Numbered from the stretch's first letter, positions 15,652 to 24,000 are shown. The stretch is DNA of 24,000 nt from Enterovibrio sp. 27052020O (GCF_045679545.1 NZ_CP166195.1:1012690-1036689); one strand, 5' to 3'. Notes: generated by a model not told the origin, from the letters alone. Program-made: numbers and translations.

Positions 15652-16524
15652 CTAATTTGCGGTGTTTTCTTCGTCATTTAAGTTTTCCAACGCCTCTACT
15701 CGCCGAATGTCTTCAGCAGCGAAATGCGTGGCTTTTAACGCGGTCAACGCGACCGTTTGCTCGTTCTCTGAATGAAACGTTTGGCGGAGGAGCGCTTGTC
15801 GAGCGACAAGATAATCTTGGAACGTTTGGTTAAATGTTGCTTCTTGCGCATCGAATATTTCTAAACGTTGTGCTGCCTCTTCACCAATGAGGGCACGGAT
15901 CTGATCGGTTTTACTCTCGTCATTACTGGATTGAATCGTATTTAATTGCCCAATCAAGGCGGCGTTTTGGTAGCTCTCTTTCATGTCAGGCGGTAGCTGG
16001 TCGAGTTCCGCTTGCCACTGCGCTTGATAGCTGTCTTCATCCAATGCGAGTAGTTCCAACGCCAATCTTTTGATGGCCATTTCACGGGTCAGATTTTGCT
16101 CATAGAACAAGCGCTTTTGCTCATCTACAGTAAAGTGCTGTGATTGAAGCGCCATGCTTTGATGATGAATATAGTGAAGATAATCAATGCCATCTAGCGA
16201 ATCTGGTGGCGCAACCTGTGATAGGGCGTCACGATAGACCTGATACTTCTCAAACAAGATTTTTTGTTGTTCACCAAAACTGAGTGTATCTGCAAACTCG
16301 ACATAATCTTGGTTCACTTGTGCCAAATCTTGCTCGCCCAGCGTGGATAGGAAATATTCAAAAGTATCTCTATCTGACGAGATATCAACGTCAGTACCAA
16401 GATGAGAACGCACTTGTGCTTGCCCTTCTTCCTCATGCACGGTGTAACCATGCATAAATACAGCAAATATCAGCCCTACCACTATAAGCAGAATGATTTT
16501 ATATGAGGTAAACGAGATTCGCAT
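15652..16524 (-). CDS. lipB: Lipase-specific foldase / lipase chaperone (Lif family)
   Basis: 290 aa with an N-terminal membrane anchor (YKIILLIVVGLIFAVF) and a helical, Q/E/L-rich body typical of Lif. It lies 25 nt downstream of the lipase gene in the same orientation, the classic lipase-foldase operon layout. Confidence 0.8.
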   Translation of the reverse strand: MRISFTSYKIILLIVVGLIFAVFMHGYTVHEEEGQAQVRSHLGTDVDISSDRDTFEYFLSTLGEQDLAQVNQDYVEFADTLSFGEQQKILFEKYQVYRDALSQVAPPDSLDGIDYLHYIHHQSMALQSQHFTVDEQKRLFYEQNLTREMAIKRLALELLALDEDSYQAQWQAELDQLPPDMKESYQNAALIGQLNTIQSSNDESKTDQIRALIGEEAAQRLEIFDAQEATFNQTFQDYLVARQALLRQTFHSENEQTVALTALKATHFAAEDIRRVEALENLNDEENTAN

Positions 16525-16549
16525 GTGTGAGTCCTCACCCTGATAAGGC

Positions 16550-17506
<957 letters not shown>

Positions 17507-17637
17507 TCAGTCCTCTGATGTGGGTTATATATTAACCACTAGTCAACCATGAATTTTGTCTTAATATTGAGATGTTATTGAATTGTTAGTCTTTCGGGTT
17601 GAAGTGCAGAGCGAGGTCGCAGGGAGAAAGGCGTTGG

Positions 17638-17661
17638 AAAAAAAAGAGCGCCGTAGCGCTC
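17638..17661 (-). terminator. Rho-independent terminator of the rimK module
   Basis: On the minus strand: GAGCGC-TACG-GCGCTC followed by a run of eight T, 43 nt downstream of the stop at 17704. Confidence 0.75.
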
Positions 17662-17665
17662 CTTT

Positions 17666-17701
17666 CTTCGTGAGGTGATTAGCCTTCGCGAGGTGACTAG
17701 C
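17666..17701. repeat. 18-bp tandem duplication (2 mismatches) between a stop codon and its terminator
   Basis: CTTCGTGAGGTGATTAGC (17666-17683) is followed directly by CTTCGCGAGGTGACTAGC (17684-17701). Each unit carries GAGGTGA on the + strand, equivalent to TCACCTC on the transcribed minus strand. Confidence 0.9.
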
Positions 17702-17703
17702 GA

Positions 17704-18768
17704 TTAACTGACGCCAATACCCCATTTGATTTCGTTGTTGGAATCATCAACCACTTCATCGAGATAATTTTCGACTTGTTGTTCTACCATTTTGTCAGGT
17801 TCTTCGAAGTAAGCGATGTGGAAAATCGCATCACCTTCATTGACCAGTGGCAGTGTTTGTTGGCCGATGATGATACCACCAAGCGGTGCGATGGTTTGGA
17901 TCTCTTCGCTACCGACAGGGCTGCTTATCGAGGCAAGCAATTGACCTTTGCTGACGCGTTGCCCTAGAGAGACATGCGAACGCAAAATGCCGTCTGACTC
18001 AGCTCGTAGCCAACGTGTTGCGCGAGCAATAACAGGCTCAACTTTTGACTTTCGCGCGCTCTTACGAATCATGCCAAGGTGCTGCATAACACGCTTAACG
18101 CCGTTCACGCCTGCAGTAATGGCATACGGTTCGAAACGCAGCGCTTCACCGGCTTCATAAGTGATGACGGGAATGCCTATTTTTTCTGCTTCAGAGCGCA
18201 AAGAGCCCTCACGAAGCGCAGCATCGATAACCACAGGGGTACCAAATGCTATTGCCATGTCATTGGTTTCTGCGTTAGACAAGTTTGCTCGAATTTGCGG
18301 CAAGTTTGTGCGGTAAATAGCCGCGGTATGAAGGTCGATAATGAAAGAGCATCGACGAACAATTTGTTCGAAGATTTGGTGTGCCATTCGACCAGCAATA
18401 GAGCCACGCTCTGAACCCGGAAAACAGCGGTTAAGATCGCGACGATCAGGAAGGTAGCGAGATTTGTGAATAAAGCCGAACACATTGACAACAGGGATCG
18501 CAATCAGAGTCCCTTTTAGTGTTGCAGGGTTGATGCGCTCAAGTGTCTGACGAACGACTTCAACGCCATTCAGTTCGTCGCCATGAATGGCGGCGTTAAT
18601 CATCAAAACAGGGCCTGGCTTCTTTCCATGAATGACTTCCGCTGTCACCGACAGCGGAGAGTGTGTGTAAAGCTTGGCGACTTCAAATTCAACGCTAGCG
18701 CGCTCACCTGGCGGGATGGTGACCCCGCCAATTTCAAATGCATTATTTTTATTATTGGCTTTTGACAC
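17704..18768 (-). CDS. Succinylglutamate desuccinylase/aspartoacylase (AstE/AspA, M14-like) family zinc hydrolase
   Basis: 354 aa with a GTG at 18768 and GAGGA/AAGGA upstream. The metal-ligand blocks [12 protein letters not shown] (HxxE) and IIDLHTA are present. Its start overlaps the rimK stop by 17 nt. Confidence 0.85.
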   Translation of the reverse strand: MSKANNKNNAFEIGGVTIPPGERASVEFEVAKLYTHSPLSVTAEVIHGKKPGPVLMINAAIHGDELNGVEVVRQTLERINPATLKGTLIAIPVVNVFGFIHKSRYLPDRRDLNRCFPGSERGSIAGRMAHQIFEQIVRRCSFIIDLHTAAIYRTNLPQIRANLSNAETNDMAIAFGTPVVIDAALREGSLRSEAEKIGIPVITYEAGEALRFEPYAITAGVNGVKRVMQHLGMIRKSARKSKVEPVIARATRWLRAESDGILRSHVSLGQRVSKGQLLASISSPVGSEEIQTIAPLGGIIIGQQTLPLVNEGDAIFHIAYFEEPDKMVEQQVENYLDEVVDDSNNEIKWGIGVS

Positions 18769-19660
18769 GTGTCCTTGTCCTCGGAGCAGAGACTATTTTC
18801 TCTATATGTTCAATGACCAGCGAAGCTACGTCTTTTCCGGTAGCTGTCTCGATCCCTTCTAAGCCTGGTGATGAGTTAACTTCCATTACCAGAGGTCCGC
18901 GCTCTGAGCGCAGTAAATCTACACCTGCAACATGAAGGCCCATTGCCTTGGCCGCTGCAACTGCAGTTTTACGTTCTGTTGGCGTGATGCGGATCAGTGA
19001 TGCGCTACCGCCACGGTGCAGGTTCGAACGGAATTCACCAGGCAGAGCTTGACGTTTCATGGCTGCAATAACTTTGTCGCCAATAACGAAACAGCGGATG
19101 TCAGCGCCGCCAGCTTCTTTGATGTATTCTTGAACCATGATATTGGCTTTCAAGCCCATGAAAGCTTCGATAACGCTTTCTGCTGCTTTACGAGTCTCAG
19201 CCAAAACCACACCAATACCTTGTGTGCCTTCCAATAGTTTGATCACGACTGGCGTACCGCCAACCATGCTCAGAAGGTCTTTAATGTCACCCGGTTTGCT
19301 TGCAAACCCAGTGATTGGCATACCGATGTTTTTACGCGACAGTAATTGCAGTGAACGCAATTTATCACGTGAACGTGAGATCGCCACGGAGTCGTTTACG
19401 GTGTAAATACCCATCATTTCAAACTGACGCAATACCGCGCAGCCGTAGAAAGTCACAGAGGCTCCAATGCGAGGGATAATGGCATCAAATTCAACCAAGT
19501 CTTCACCCGCTATATGAATAGAAGGTTGTGTTGAGTTGATGTTCATGTAGCAGCGCAATGCATCGATGATTTTGTATTCGTGTCCACGTTGCTCACATGC
19601 TTCAATCAGGCGGCGGGTGGAGTAGAGGTTTTCGTTTCGAGATAGAATTCCGATTTTCAT
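18752..19660 (-). CDS. rimK: Ribosomal protein bS6 L-glutamate ligase (ATP-grasp)
   Basis: ATG at 19660 (MKIGILSRN...), giving 302 aa against 300 aa for E. coli RimK. Long identical runs with E. coli RimK: [53 protein letters not shown]. The track ORF start at 19684 is an upstream extension. Confidence 0.92.
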   Translation of the reverse strand: MKIGILSRNENLYSTRRLIEACEQRGHEYKIIDALRCYMNINSTQPSIHIAGEDLVEFDAIIPRIGASVTFYGCAVLRQFEMMGIYTVNDSVAISRSRDKLRSLQLLSRKNIGMPITGFASKPGDIKDLLSMVGGTPVVIKLLEGTQGIGVVLAETRKAAESVIEAFMGLKANIMVQEYIKEAGGADIRCFVIGDKVIAAMKRQALPGEFRSNLHRGGSASLIRITPTERKTAVAAAKAMGLHVAGVDLLRSERGPLVMEVNSSPGLEGIETATGKDVASLVIEHIEKIVSAPRTRTRVKSQ

Positions 19661-19664
19661 AAAA

Positions 19665-20222
19665 TTAACCTTTTGGCGCTTCAACGATGAATGATGCTTC
19701 TGAATCGACCAGCAAACGGCCTTCCATTGCGGTACGTCCCAATAACATTCTAAACATCATGTTATCGCGTGCTGTTAACGTCATCTCAATTAAATAGCGC
19801 AATTTGCCAATAACGAGTTGTGTTTCTATGACATAGCGGAGTGTTTCGTGACCACCAGAATCGCGAACCGTGCGCATGTCTTTTACTTTGGCGTGACACT
19901 GTTGTTGAGTGACATTGTCATCTTGGATAGGGTGAACCCAAAATTTGACCCATGTTTCATCGTCTTTTTGGTATTCCTCAATGCCGAACGTATGTAAGCA
20001 AGACGTTCGCGCTCCTGTATCCACTTTTGCTTTAATTGCAGAGATGTTTAGCTCAGGTAGGCCAACCCATTCACGCCAACCCACCATCATTTTGTCGCTG
20101 GTGGGTGTAAGGTTTGAGTCCTCAACGCGTGTCGGTTGAGTTGTGTTGTTGTCAGTCATCTCTGTCAATGCCCCGGATTGTGAGTTTCGGTCTGATGGAG
20201 TGAGCGCGTCAATCGTTGACAC
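19665..20222 (-). CDS. Retropepsin-like aspartic protease (PF05618, annotated 'ATP-dependent zinc protease'; RimB-like)
   Basis: Core [31 protein letters not shown] carries the DTGA aspartic-protease motif typical of PF05618. Its stop lies 4 nt before the rimK ATG. The start is uncertain: GTG at 20222 or ATG at 20159. The N-terminal 45 aa or so look disordered. Confidence 0.8.
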   Translation of the reverse strand: MSTIDALTPSDRNSQSGALTEMTDNNTTQPTRVEDSNLTPTSDKMMVGWREWVGLPELNISAIKAKVDTGARTSCLHTFGIEEYQKDDETWVKFWVHPIQDDNVTQQQCHAKVKDMRTVRDSGGHETLRYVIETQLVIGKLRYLIEMTLTARDNMMFRMLLGRTAMEGRLLVDSEASFIVEAPKG

Positions 20223-20533
20223 TACTCAACTAAACGATAGTTGCTTTGCGAATATATTCCGCTCACATTTGTAAGAATTGATTGGATAATCAACACTATC
20301 GTTATAGCTCCGGCGGCACAATTATCGCATCCACATTGACAGCACCGCACTAAGGAGGGCGCAAGGTACAGCTTTGCCTTAAGGTCGACAAGTCAATTTT
20401 TCATTTATCACGATGAATATTATTTATCAAAAGGATGCGGCTTACCCTTTCGGTGCTGGCGCAGAAAAGCGTTCGCGTCGCACGGACGGTTTTAGTGTGT
20501 ATTTTTGCACATGATGTGTAGCTCTTAATCCTC

Positions 20534-20556
20534 CACCTTGAGGTTCTTTGGGCATA
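20534..20556 (+). repeat. Dispersed motif, copy C (core only)
   Basis: CACCTTGAGGTTCTTTGGGCATA matches the copy A core CATCTTGAGGTTGTTTGGGTCTA at 19 of 23 positions. No matching left arm was seen. Confidence 0.45.
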
Positions 20557-20610
20557 TCTGACGAGACAACCAATATGCCTAGTCACACTGAAACACAACA
20601 CTCATCGTGA

Positions 20611-21093
20611 CTAGGCATAGTGATAATGATGGTAAGCCGCCCTATTATGCCATTCGCAAAGGATATCGACTAAGCCTTCTTCATTATTATGCTGGCCGAC
20701 TTCTCGCTCTATGAAACCATGCTTCTCCCAAAAGTGACGTGCGCCTTGATTGACCTCAAAAGTATACAGCCTCAGATCGCCGCTGGCGGTTTCTTTAATC
20801 AACTGAACCAATGCAGAGCCAATCCCTTGTCGTTGCGAGCCAAGCGCAACATAGAGTTGGGTAATAAAGGTGTCGTCAGCCGCGATCATGCCCAATACGC
20901 GGCCAGTTCTGCGCTCAATGGCAAGATAAATCCGGTTGGTCGCAGCAAGAATACGGTTTAAATAGTAGCGATGTGCTTCTAGGTTGTGTGCCTCAGGAAT
21001 GCCTAAGGCTTTTTCTTTACTCGCTCGCCACATGTTCACGGTTTGTTCTGTGTAACGTGGATGGTAGTCAACAATCTCAATTCTATGGTTCAT
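20611..21093 (-). CDS. GNAT family N-acetyltransferase
   Basis: 160 aa with the acetyl-CoA motif A QRQGIGSALV, then ARHFWEKHGF. It has an unusual His/Tyr-rich C-terminus, AAYHHYHYA. An 11-bp inverted repeat, TGCCTAGTCAC (20575-20585) / GTGACTAGGCA (20607-20617), overlaps its stop codon. Confidence 0.8.
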   Translation of the reverse strand: MNHRIEIVDYHPRYTEQTVNMWRASKEKALGIPEAHNLEAHRYYLNRILAATNRIYLAIERRTGRVLGMIAADDTFITQLYVALGSQRQGIGSALVQLIKETASGDLRLYTFEVNQGARHFWEKHGFIEREVGQHNNEEGLVDILCEWHNRAAYHHYHYA

Positions 21094-21128
21094 AGGCTCT
21101 TCTAAATCAAACGTTCGACGGTGCAGGT

Positions 21129-21605
21129 TTAGAGGGCTGGACTGAATTGCTGCAATGCACGTGTGAAAAAAGCGCTGTTGGGGTCTTCGGCATAATCAGC
21201 AAACGGTGCACAGATTTCGAAACCAAAGCGTTGATAAAGCCTCCGCGCCGGTTCAAATTCAGTTTCAGTGCCCGTCTCTAAACTTAGACGCGAGTACTGA
21301 CGTCTGCGTGACTCTTGAAGAATATGTGCGAGCAGGTTCGCAGCAACGCCACGACGAAGGAAGTGCTCCGATGTGCGCATGGACTTGATTTCGCCATGGG
21401 AAGGGCTGATTTGCTTGAGTGCGCCACAGCCGGCGAGCTCACCGTCTATCCATGCACTCCAAAGTGTTACATCAGGGCTCGCTAGCCCGCTGAGGTCGAG
21501 CGCATGAACACTTTCAGGTGGGCTGATTTCATGCATCCGATTGAGATGTTGTTGGAGGAGTGCTTGAATTTCTTTTCCACTGAGATCGTCTACGCGTATT
21601 TCCAT
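21129..21605 (-). CDS. GNAT family N-acetyltransferase (YsnE-like)
   Basis: 158 aa with an ATG at 21605 and GGAGGAAG upstream. Motif A is RRGVAANLL, and the C-terminal block is ARRLYQRFGFE. It is not a close paralog of the neighbouring GNAT. Confidence 0.8.
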   Translation of the reverse strand: MEIRVDDLSGKEIQALLQQHLNRMHEISPPESVHALDLSGLASPDVTLWSAWIDGELAGCGALKQISPSHGEIKSMRTSEHFLRRGVAANLLAHILQESRRRQYSRLSLETGTETEFEPARRLYQRFGFEICAPFADYAEDPNSAFFTRALQQFSPAL

Positions 21606-21900
21606 GATCGCTTCCTCCTAAAATTGAAACCACTCAGCATTTAGCCCTGTGTTTGGGCGCTGTTCAAGTTTGTGTTTTCGGAGTAAATGACATGCCATGC
21701 GCTATAGGGTGGTGATAAATAGCCGTTTATCATATTTATGGCGAGGTTATTCACTTTATCTAGGTCAAAGTTCGGGTGAATAATTCAAGTTTTAGGAAGT
21801 GGCTTATGCATCAGTATGAGTTTGAACTTACGATATAGCTCACATATTTTGGCGATCTGCCTGCATAGGTGTGACTAATATGTGTCGTTTGATAACTCGG

Positions 21901-21939
21901 CAAGACAAGCAAAGAGTCAAGAGCACTTTGCTTGTCTTG
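21901..21939 (-). other. Strong stem-loop downstream of the EamA transporter gene (possible terminator or RNA-stability element)
   Basis: The 14-bp perfect stem CAAGACAAGCAAAG (21901-21914) / CTTTGCTTGTCTTG (21926-21939) has an 11-nt loop and lies 37 nt past the stop at 21977. No U-tract follows on either strand. Confidence 0.4.
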
Positions 21940-21976
21940 GCCTGAATTGTCTTCGGGTTAGTAAGGGCTAGAAGGG

Positions 21977-22837
21977 TTAGAGGGGTTTGAGCTTTGCGGC
22001 TCGTGTGGCTTTCTGTTTCATTCTCACCATCAACAACAGGCTGAACATCACAACACTAATACCTAGCCATTGATATGGTCCTAAGACTTCGCCAACGAGG
22101 GCTATACCCAGTGTGACTGCTGCGACAGGGTTTAGCATGCTGATCATTGCCATTGAGTCCGGACCAATTCTTTTAATTGATCGTGAAAACGCCCAATAGG
22201 CAAATGAACTGTTGAGCAAACTTACCCAAAGCAACCCCGGTAGCTCATGCATAGTCAGTGCCTTAGGCATGCCTTCCACTAAGAAAGCAATCGGCACTAG
22301 CATTAATCCACCGAGGGTTAATTGCCATGCAGTCAGGCGAAAAATATCGGTGACTGGCCAACTTTTTAACCATAGTGATGATCGTGCGACTAACGCGGTG
22401 GCAATGAGTGCAGCCGCCGCACCAATCGGGTCAATATCCGCACTCGGATTAAGAATCAGAACAACACCACCTAGCCCTATCAGAGCAAGAAGTAGCATTC
22501 TAAATTCTGGCTTTTTCCCTTCCACTAACCACTGTATGAACATGAGCTGTAATGGCAATGTTGCGCCTAGTGTGCCCGCTACTGAGCCCGGCAGGCGATA
22601 GGCCGCAATGAACAGTAAAGGAAAGAAAGCCGTAATATTGAATACGCTGAGCAGTGTCATCTTGCTCCAAGGCAAAGGGGGTCTGCCGGGTTTGAGTAGC
22701 AATAGCAATAAGCCTGCTGGCAGTGCACGCCATACCGCCACCCAAAACGGAGATAGGTCGTGCAAAAAGAGGCTCACTGCAGCGTAGGTGCTGCCCCATA
22801 AGATGGGGACGAGTGCTGCAAGTAAGTAATTCGCCAC
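21977..22837 (-). CDS. EamA/DMT-superfamily transporter (PecM-like)
   Basis: 286 aa with about 10 hydrophobic segments. GTG start at 22837 with AGGAG 6 nt upstream. The N-terminus LWGSTYAAV and the duplicated EamA architecture fit the family. It is divergent from a MarR-family gene, as in pecM/pecS. Confidence 0.85.
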   Translation of the reverse strand: MANYLLAALVPILWGSTYAAVSLFLHDLSPFWVAVWRALPAGLLLLLLKPGRPPLPWSKMTLLSVFNITAFFPLLFIAAYRLPGSVAGTLGATLPLQLMFIQWLVEGKKPEFRMLLLALIGLGGVVLILNPSADIDPIGAAAALIATALVARSSLWLKSWPVTDIFRLTAWQLTLGGLMLVPIAFLVEGMPKALTMHELPGLLWVSLLNSSFAYWAFSRSIKRIGPDSMAMISMLNPVAAVTLGIALVGEVLGPYQWLGISVVMFSLLLMVRMKQKATRAAKLKPL

Positions 22838-22869
22838 GATGTGCTCCTGATAAATATTTCGTTAAAAAG

Positions 22870-22887
22870 TATCTTTTGTAAAAGATA
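22870..22887. promoter_or_regulatory. 18-bp perfect palindrome, putative MarR/PecS operator 1
   Basis: TATCTTTTGTAAAAGATA is perfectly self-complementary. It lies 33 nt upstream of the transporter GTG, in the divergent intergenic region. Confidence 0.7.
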
Positions 22888-22916
22888 AACTATTCGCTTT
22901 CGGCGTATCGATCAAG

Positions 22917-22934
22917 TATCTTTTACAAAAGATA
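22917..22934. promoter_or_regulatory. 18-bp perfect palindrome, putative MarR/PecS operator 2
   Basis: TATCTTTTACAAAAGATA is perfectly self-complementary. It lies 47 bp centre-to-centre from operator 1 and ends 4 nt before the RBS (GGGAGGTG) of the MarR gene. Confidence 0.7.
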
Positions 22935-22948
22935 AATTGGGAGGTGAA

Positions 22949-23431
22949 ATGAAAACGGACCATGTTGACATTATTCTGGCGCAATGGAAGACGCAAAGAC
23001 CGGATCTAGACTGCTCGCCGATGGGGATTGTTGGCCGTTTAGGCCGAGCGAAACAGTTAATGACAGTTCGCCTCGATGATGTGTTTAAGCAATATGATTT
23101 AAGCAATATCGAATTTGATATTCTCGCGTCACTGCGCCGAGTGGGAGAGCCTGTTACACCGACAGAGCTCTATCAGACATTGATGTTGTCATCTGGTGCG
23201 ATGAGTACTCGCGTTGATGGCTTGGTTAAGCGCGGATATGTCGAAAGGCAAGCCAGTGAAACGGATAGGCGCAGCTGCTTAGTCACACTGACGCCGTTGG
23301 GTGTTTCATTGATAGATAAAGTGGTGGAAGCACATGTCGAAAATGAACGCGAAATGTTGTCTGCACTCAATGAGGACGAACAGGGGCAACTCGCCGCGTT
23401 GTTGAAAAAATGGCTAGTTGCTAACGAGTAG
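22949..23431 (+). CDS. MarR-family transcriptional regulator (PecS/UrtR-like)
   Basis: ATG at 22949 preceded by GGGAGGTG; the track start at 22937 is a TTG. The winged-helix region is TPTELYQTLMLSSGAMSTRVDGLVKRGYVERQASETDRRSCLVTLT. An N-terminal extension with Trp (ILAQWKTQRPDLD) is as in urate-responsive MarR homologs. Confidence 0.85.
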   Translation: MKTDHVDIILAQWKTQRPDLDCSPMGIVGRLGRAKQLMTVRLDDVFKQYDLSNIEFDILASLRRVGEPVTPTELYQTLMLSSGAMSTRVDGLVKRGYVERQASETDRRSCLVTLTPLGVSLIDKVVEAHVENEREMLSALNEDEQGQLAALLKKWLVANE

Positions 23432-23441
23432 CCCGTTTTTT
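23412..23441 (+). terminator. Possible terminator overlapping the 3' end of the MarR gene
   Basis: GGCTA (23412-23416) ... TAGCC (23429-23433), then CG and a run of six T. The stem is short (5 bp) and the loop is 12 nt, so support is weak. Confidence 0.4.
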
Positions 23442-23518
23442 CTATATTCTCAGGTATTGTGACTAAACCGACGGCTCTAGTGCGTCATACTTCCTAGAAC
23501 TGTTGAGGAGGCGAATGC

Positions 23519-23782
23519 GTGGAACTGATACCCGTTAGTGAGTTAGTGAAAATGGATTTACATTGGTTGAGAGGCGAAGACAATCGCTTCCAATCCGTGC
23601 TCAAAAGTTTGAAGCAAGGCGAGGGTATAAAAGAGGCGGTTCAGCTCATTCGATGTGCTTGTGGCAAGACCTATATTCTACAAGATGGCGGTCATCGTAT
23701 TTCGGCTGCGTTTCGGCTATTTCAAGAAACAGGCAAAGATCTCTGTATTCCTGTGTCCATCTTCCAATCACACATTCCTTAG
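23519..23782 (+). CDS. Mini ParB/sulfiredoxin-fold (ParB N-terminal domain-like) protein, 87 aa
   Basis: GTG at 23519 lies 7 nt after GAGGAGG. The motif YILQDGGHRISAAFRL resembles the ParBc DGxHRxxA core. No DNA-binding or other domain is attached. Confidence 0.5.
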   Translation: MELIPVSELVKMDLHWLRGEDNRFQSVLKSLKQGEGIKEAVQLIRCACGKTYILQDGGHRISAAFRLFQETGKDLCIPVSIFQSHIP

Positions 23783-23892
23783 TCGTGTTGCTATCCTAAG
23801 AATTCGGCATCTTCTCCCGTTCGGGTATATAGTTATTCATTATGCATTGATATGAATATTGGCGTCATAAATGACGCTAACGTGAGGAATGA

Positions 23893-24000
23893 ATGATCCG
23901 ATTGATCTACGCCAGTGCCGCTACCGTTGATTTTACGGAGTCTAAATTGATGCAGCTTTTAGGCAAAGCGCGTTCAAATAACGAAAAAGAGAATGTTAGT
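23893..24000 (+). CDS. BLUF-domain (blue-light FAD sensor) protein, N-terminal fragment (3' end outside the window)
   Basis: This ORF is absent from the ORF track because the window truncates it. ATG at 23893 with GAGGAA upstream. Translation MIRLIYASAATVDFTESKLMQLLGKARSNNEKENVS matches the canonical BLUF start (hhRLIYxS....L..LL..AR.NN....I(T/S)G). Confidence 0.7.
   Translation, partial: MIRLIYASAATVDFTESKLMQLLGKARSNNEKENVS

Noticed and set aside
15633-15654. 8-bp tandem repeat TCGCTACC x 2.75, running into the lipB stop codon.
   Set aside because: It is real in the sequence but tiny. I noted it only as a further example of short 3'-end tandem duplications and found no evidence of function.
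20233-20303. Nested inverted repeats upstream of the rimK module: AACGATAGT (20234-20242) / ACTATCGTT (20295-20303), with inner TTGATT-GGAT-AATCAA.
   Set aside because: This is plausibly an operator or promoter structure for the module. However, I could not tie it to any known regulator motif or place a convincing -10/-35, so it is too speculative to report as a feature.
20452-20553. 33-codon + strand ORF (MNIIYQKDAAYPFGAGAEKRSRRTDGFSVYFCT) in the rimK/GNAT intergenic region.
   Set aside because: It has no Shine-Dalgarno before the ATG and no recognisable peptide family. It is indistinguishable from a chance ORF.
20401-20601. 66-aa minus-strand ORF in the gap between the rimK module and the GNAT gene.
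   Set aside because: It is Arg/Cys/Thr-rich with no RBS. It spans repeat copy C and the left arm of the 11-bp inverted repeat. It is most likely a chance ORF in regulatory DNA.

Overview
This window reads as a Vibrionaceae-type gammaproteobacterial chromosomal region. That call is an inference from protein sequences and gene order; no search was run. It is densely coding and mostly housekeeping or accessory metabolism. In order:

- a 5'-truncated GGDEF diguanylate cyclase
- a Cys-rich GFA-like protein
- a DUF482/FemAB-like GNAT protein, divergent from an overlapping pair made of a PF10014 2OG-Fe(II) dioxygenase and a class-V PLP enzyme
- yqfB
- rluF with a long Arg/Asp/Ser-rich tail
- the mannitol PTS operon mtlA-mtlD-mtlR (minus strand), with a long AT-rich control region carrying CRP-like sites
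- three small uncharacterised genes
- a FumC-like class II fumarase
- an RRM-type RNA-binding protein
- msrB
- an orphan lipoprotein
- the secreted lipase and its foldase (lipA-lipB)
- a compact three-gene rimK module: retropepsin-like protease, RimK, and an M14/AstE-family hydrolase
- two GNAT acetyltransferases
- a divergent EamA exporter / MarR regulator pair (PecM/PecS-like) with two palindromic operators
- a mini ParB/Srx-like protein
- the start of a BLUF photoreceptor gene, cut by the window end

I found no rRNA, tRNA, CRISPR array, transposase, integrase or recognisable defence-system genes.

The most interesting candidates for uncharacterised biology are:
1. the rimK module, as a possible writer/eraser system for poly-glutamate tails
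2. the translationally coupled amino-acid-hydroxylase-type dioxygenase and Cys-less desulfurase-like PLP enzyme
3. a probable MtlS-like cis-antisense RNA over the mtlA 5' UTR
4. a small dispersed palindromic motif in three intergenic regions
5. tandem duplications sitting exactly at or just after stop codons

All functional assignments come from by-eye motif and homolog recognition. None is confirmed by a database search.
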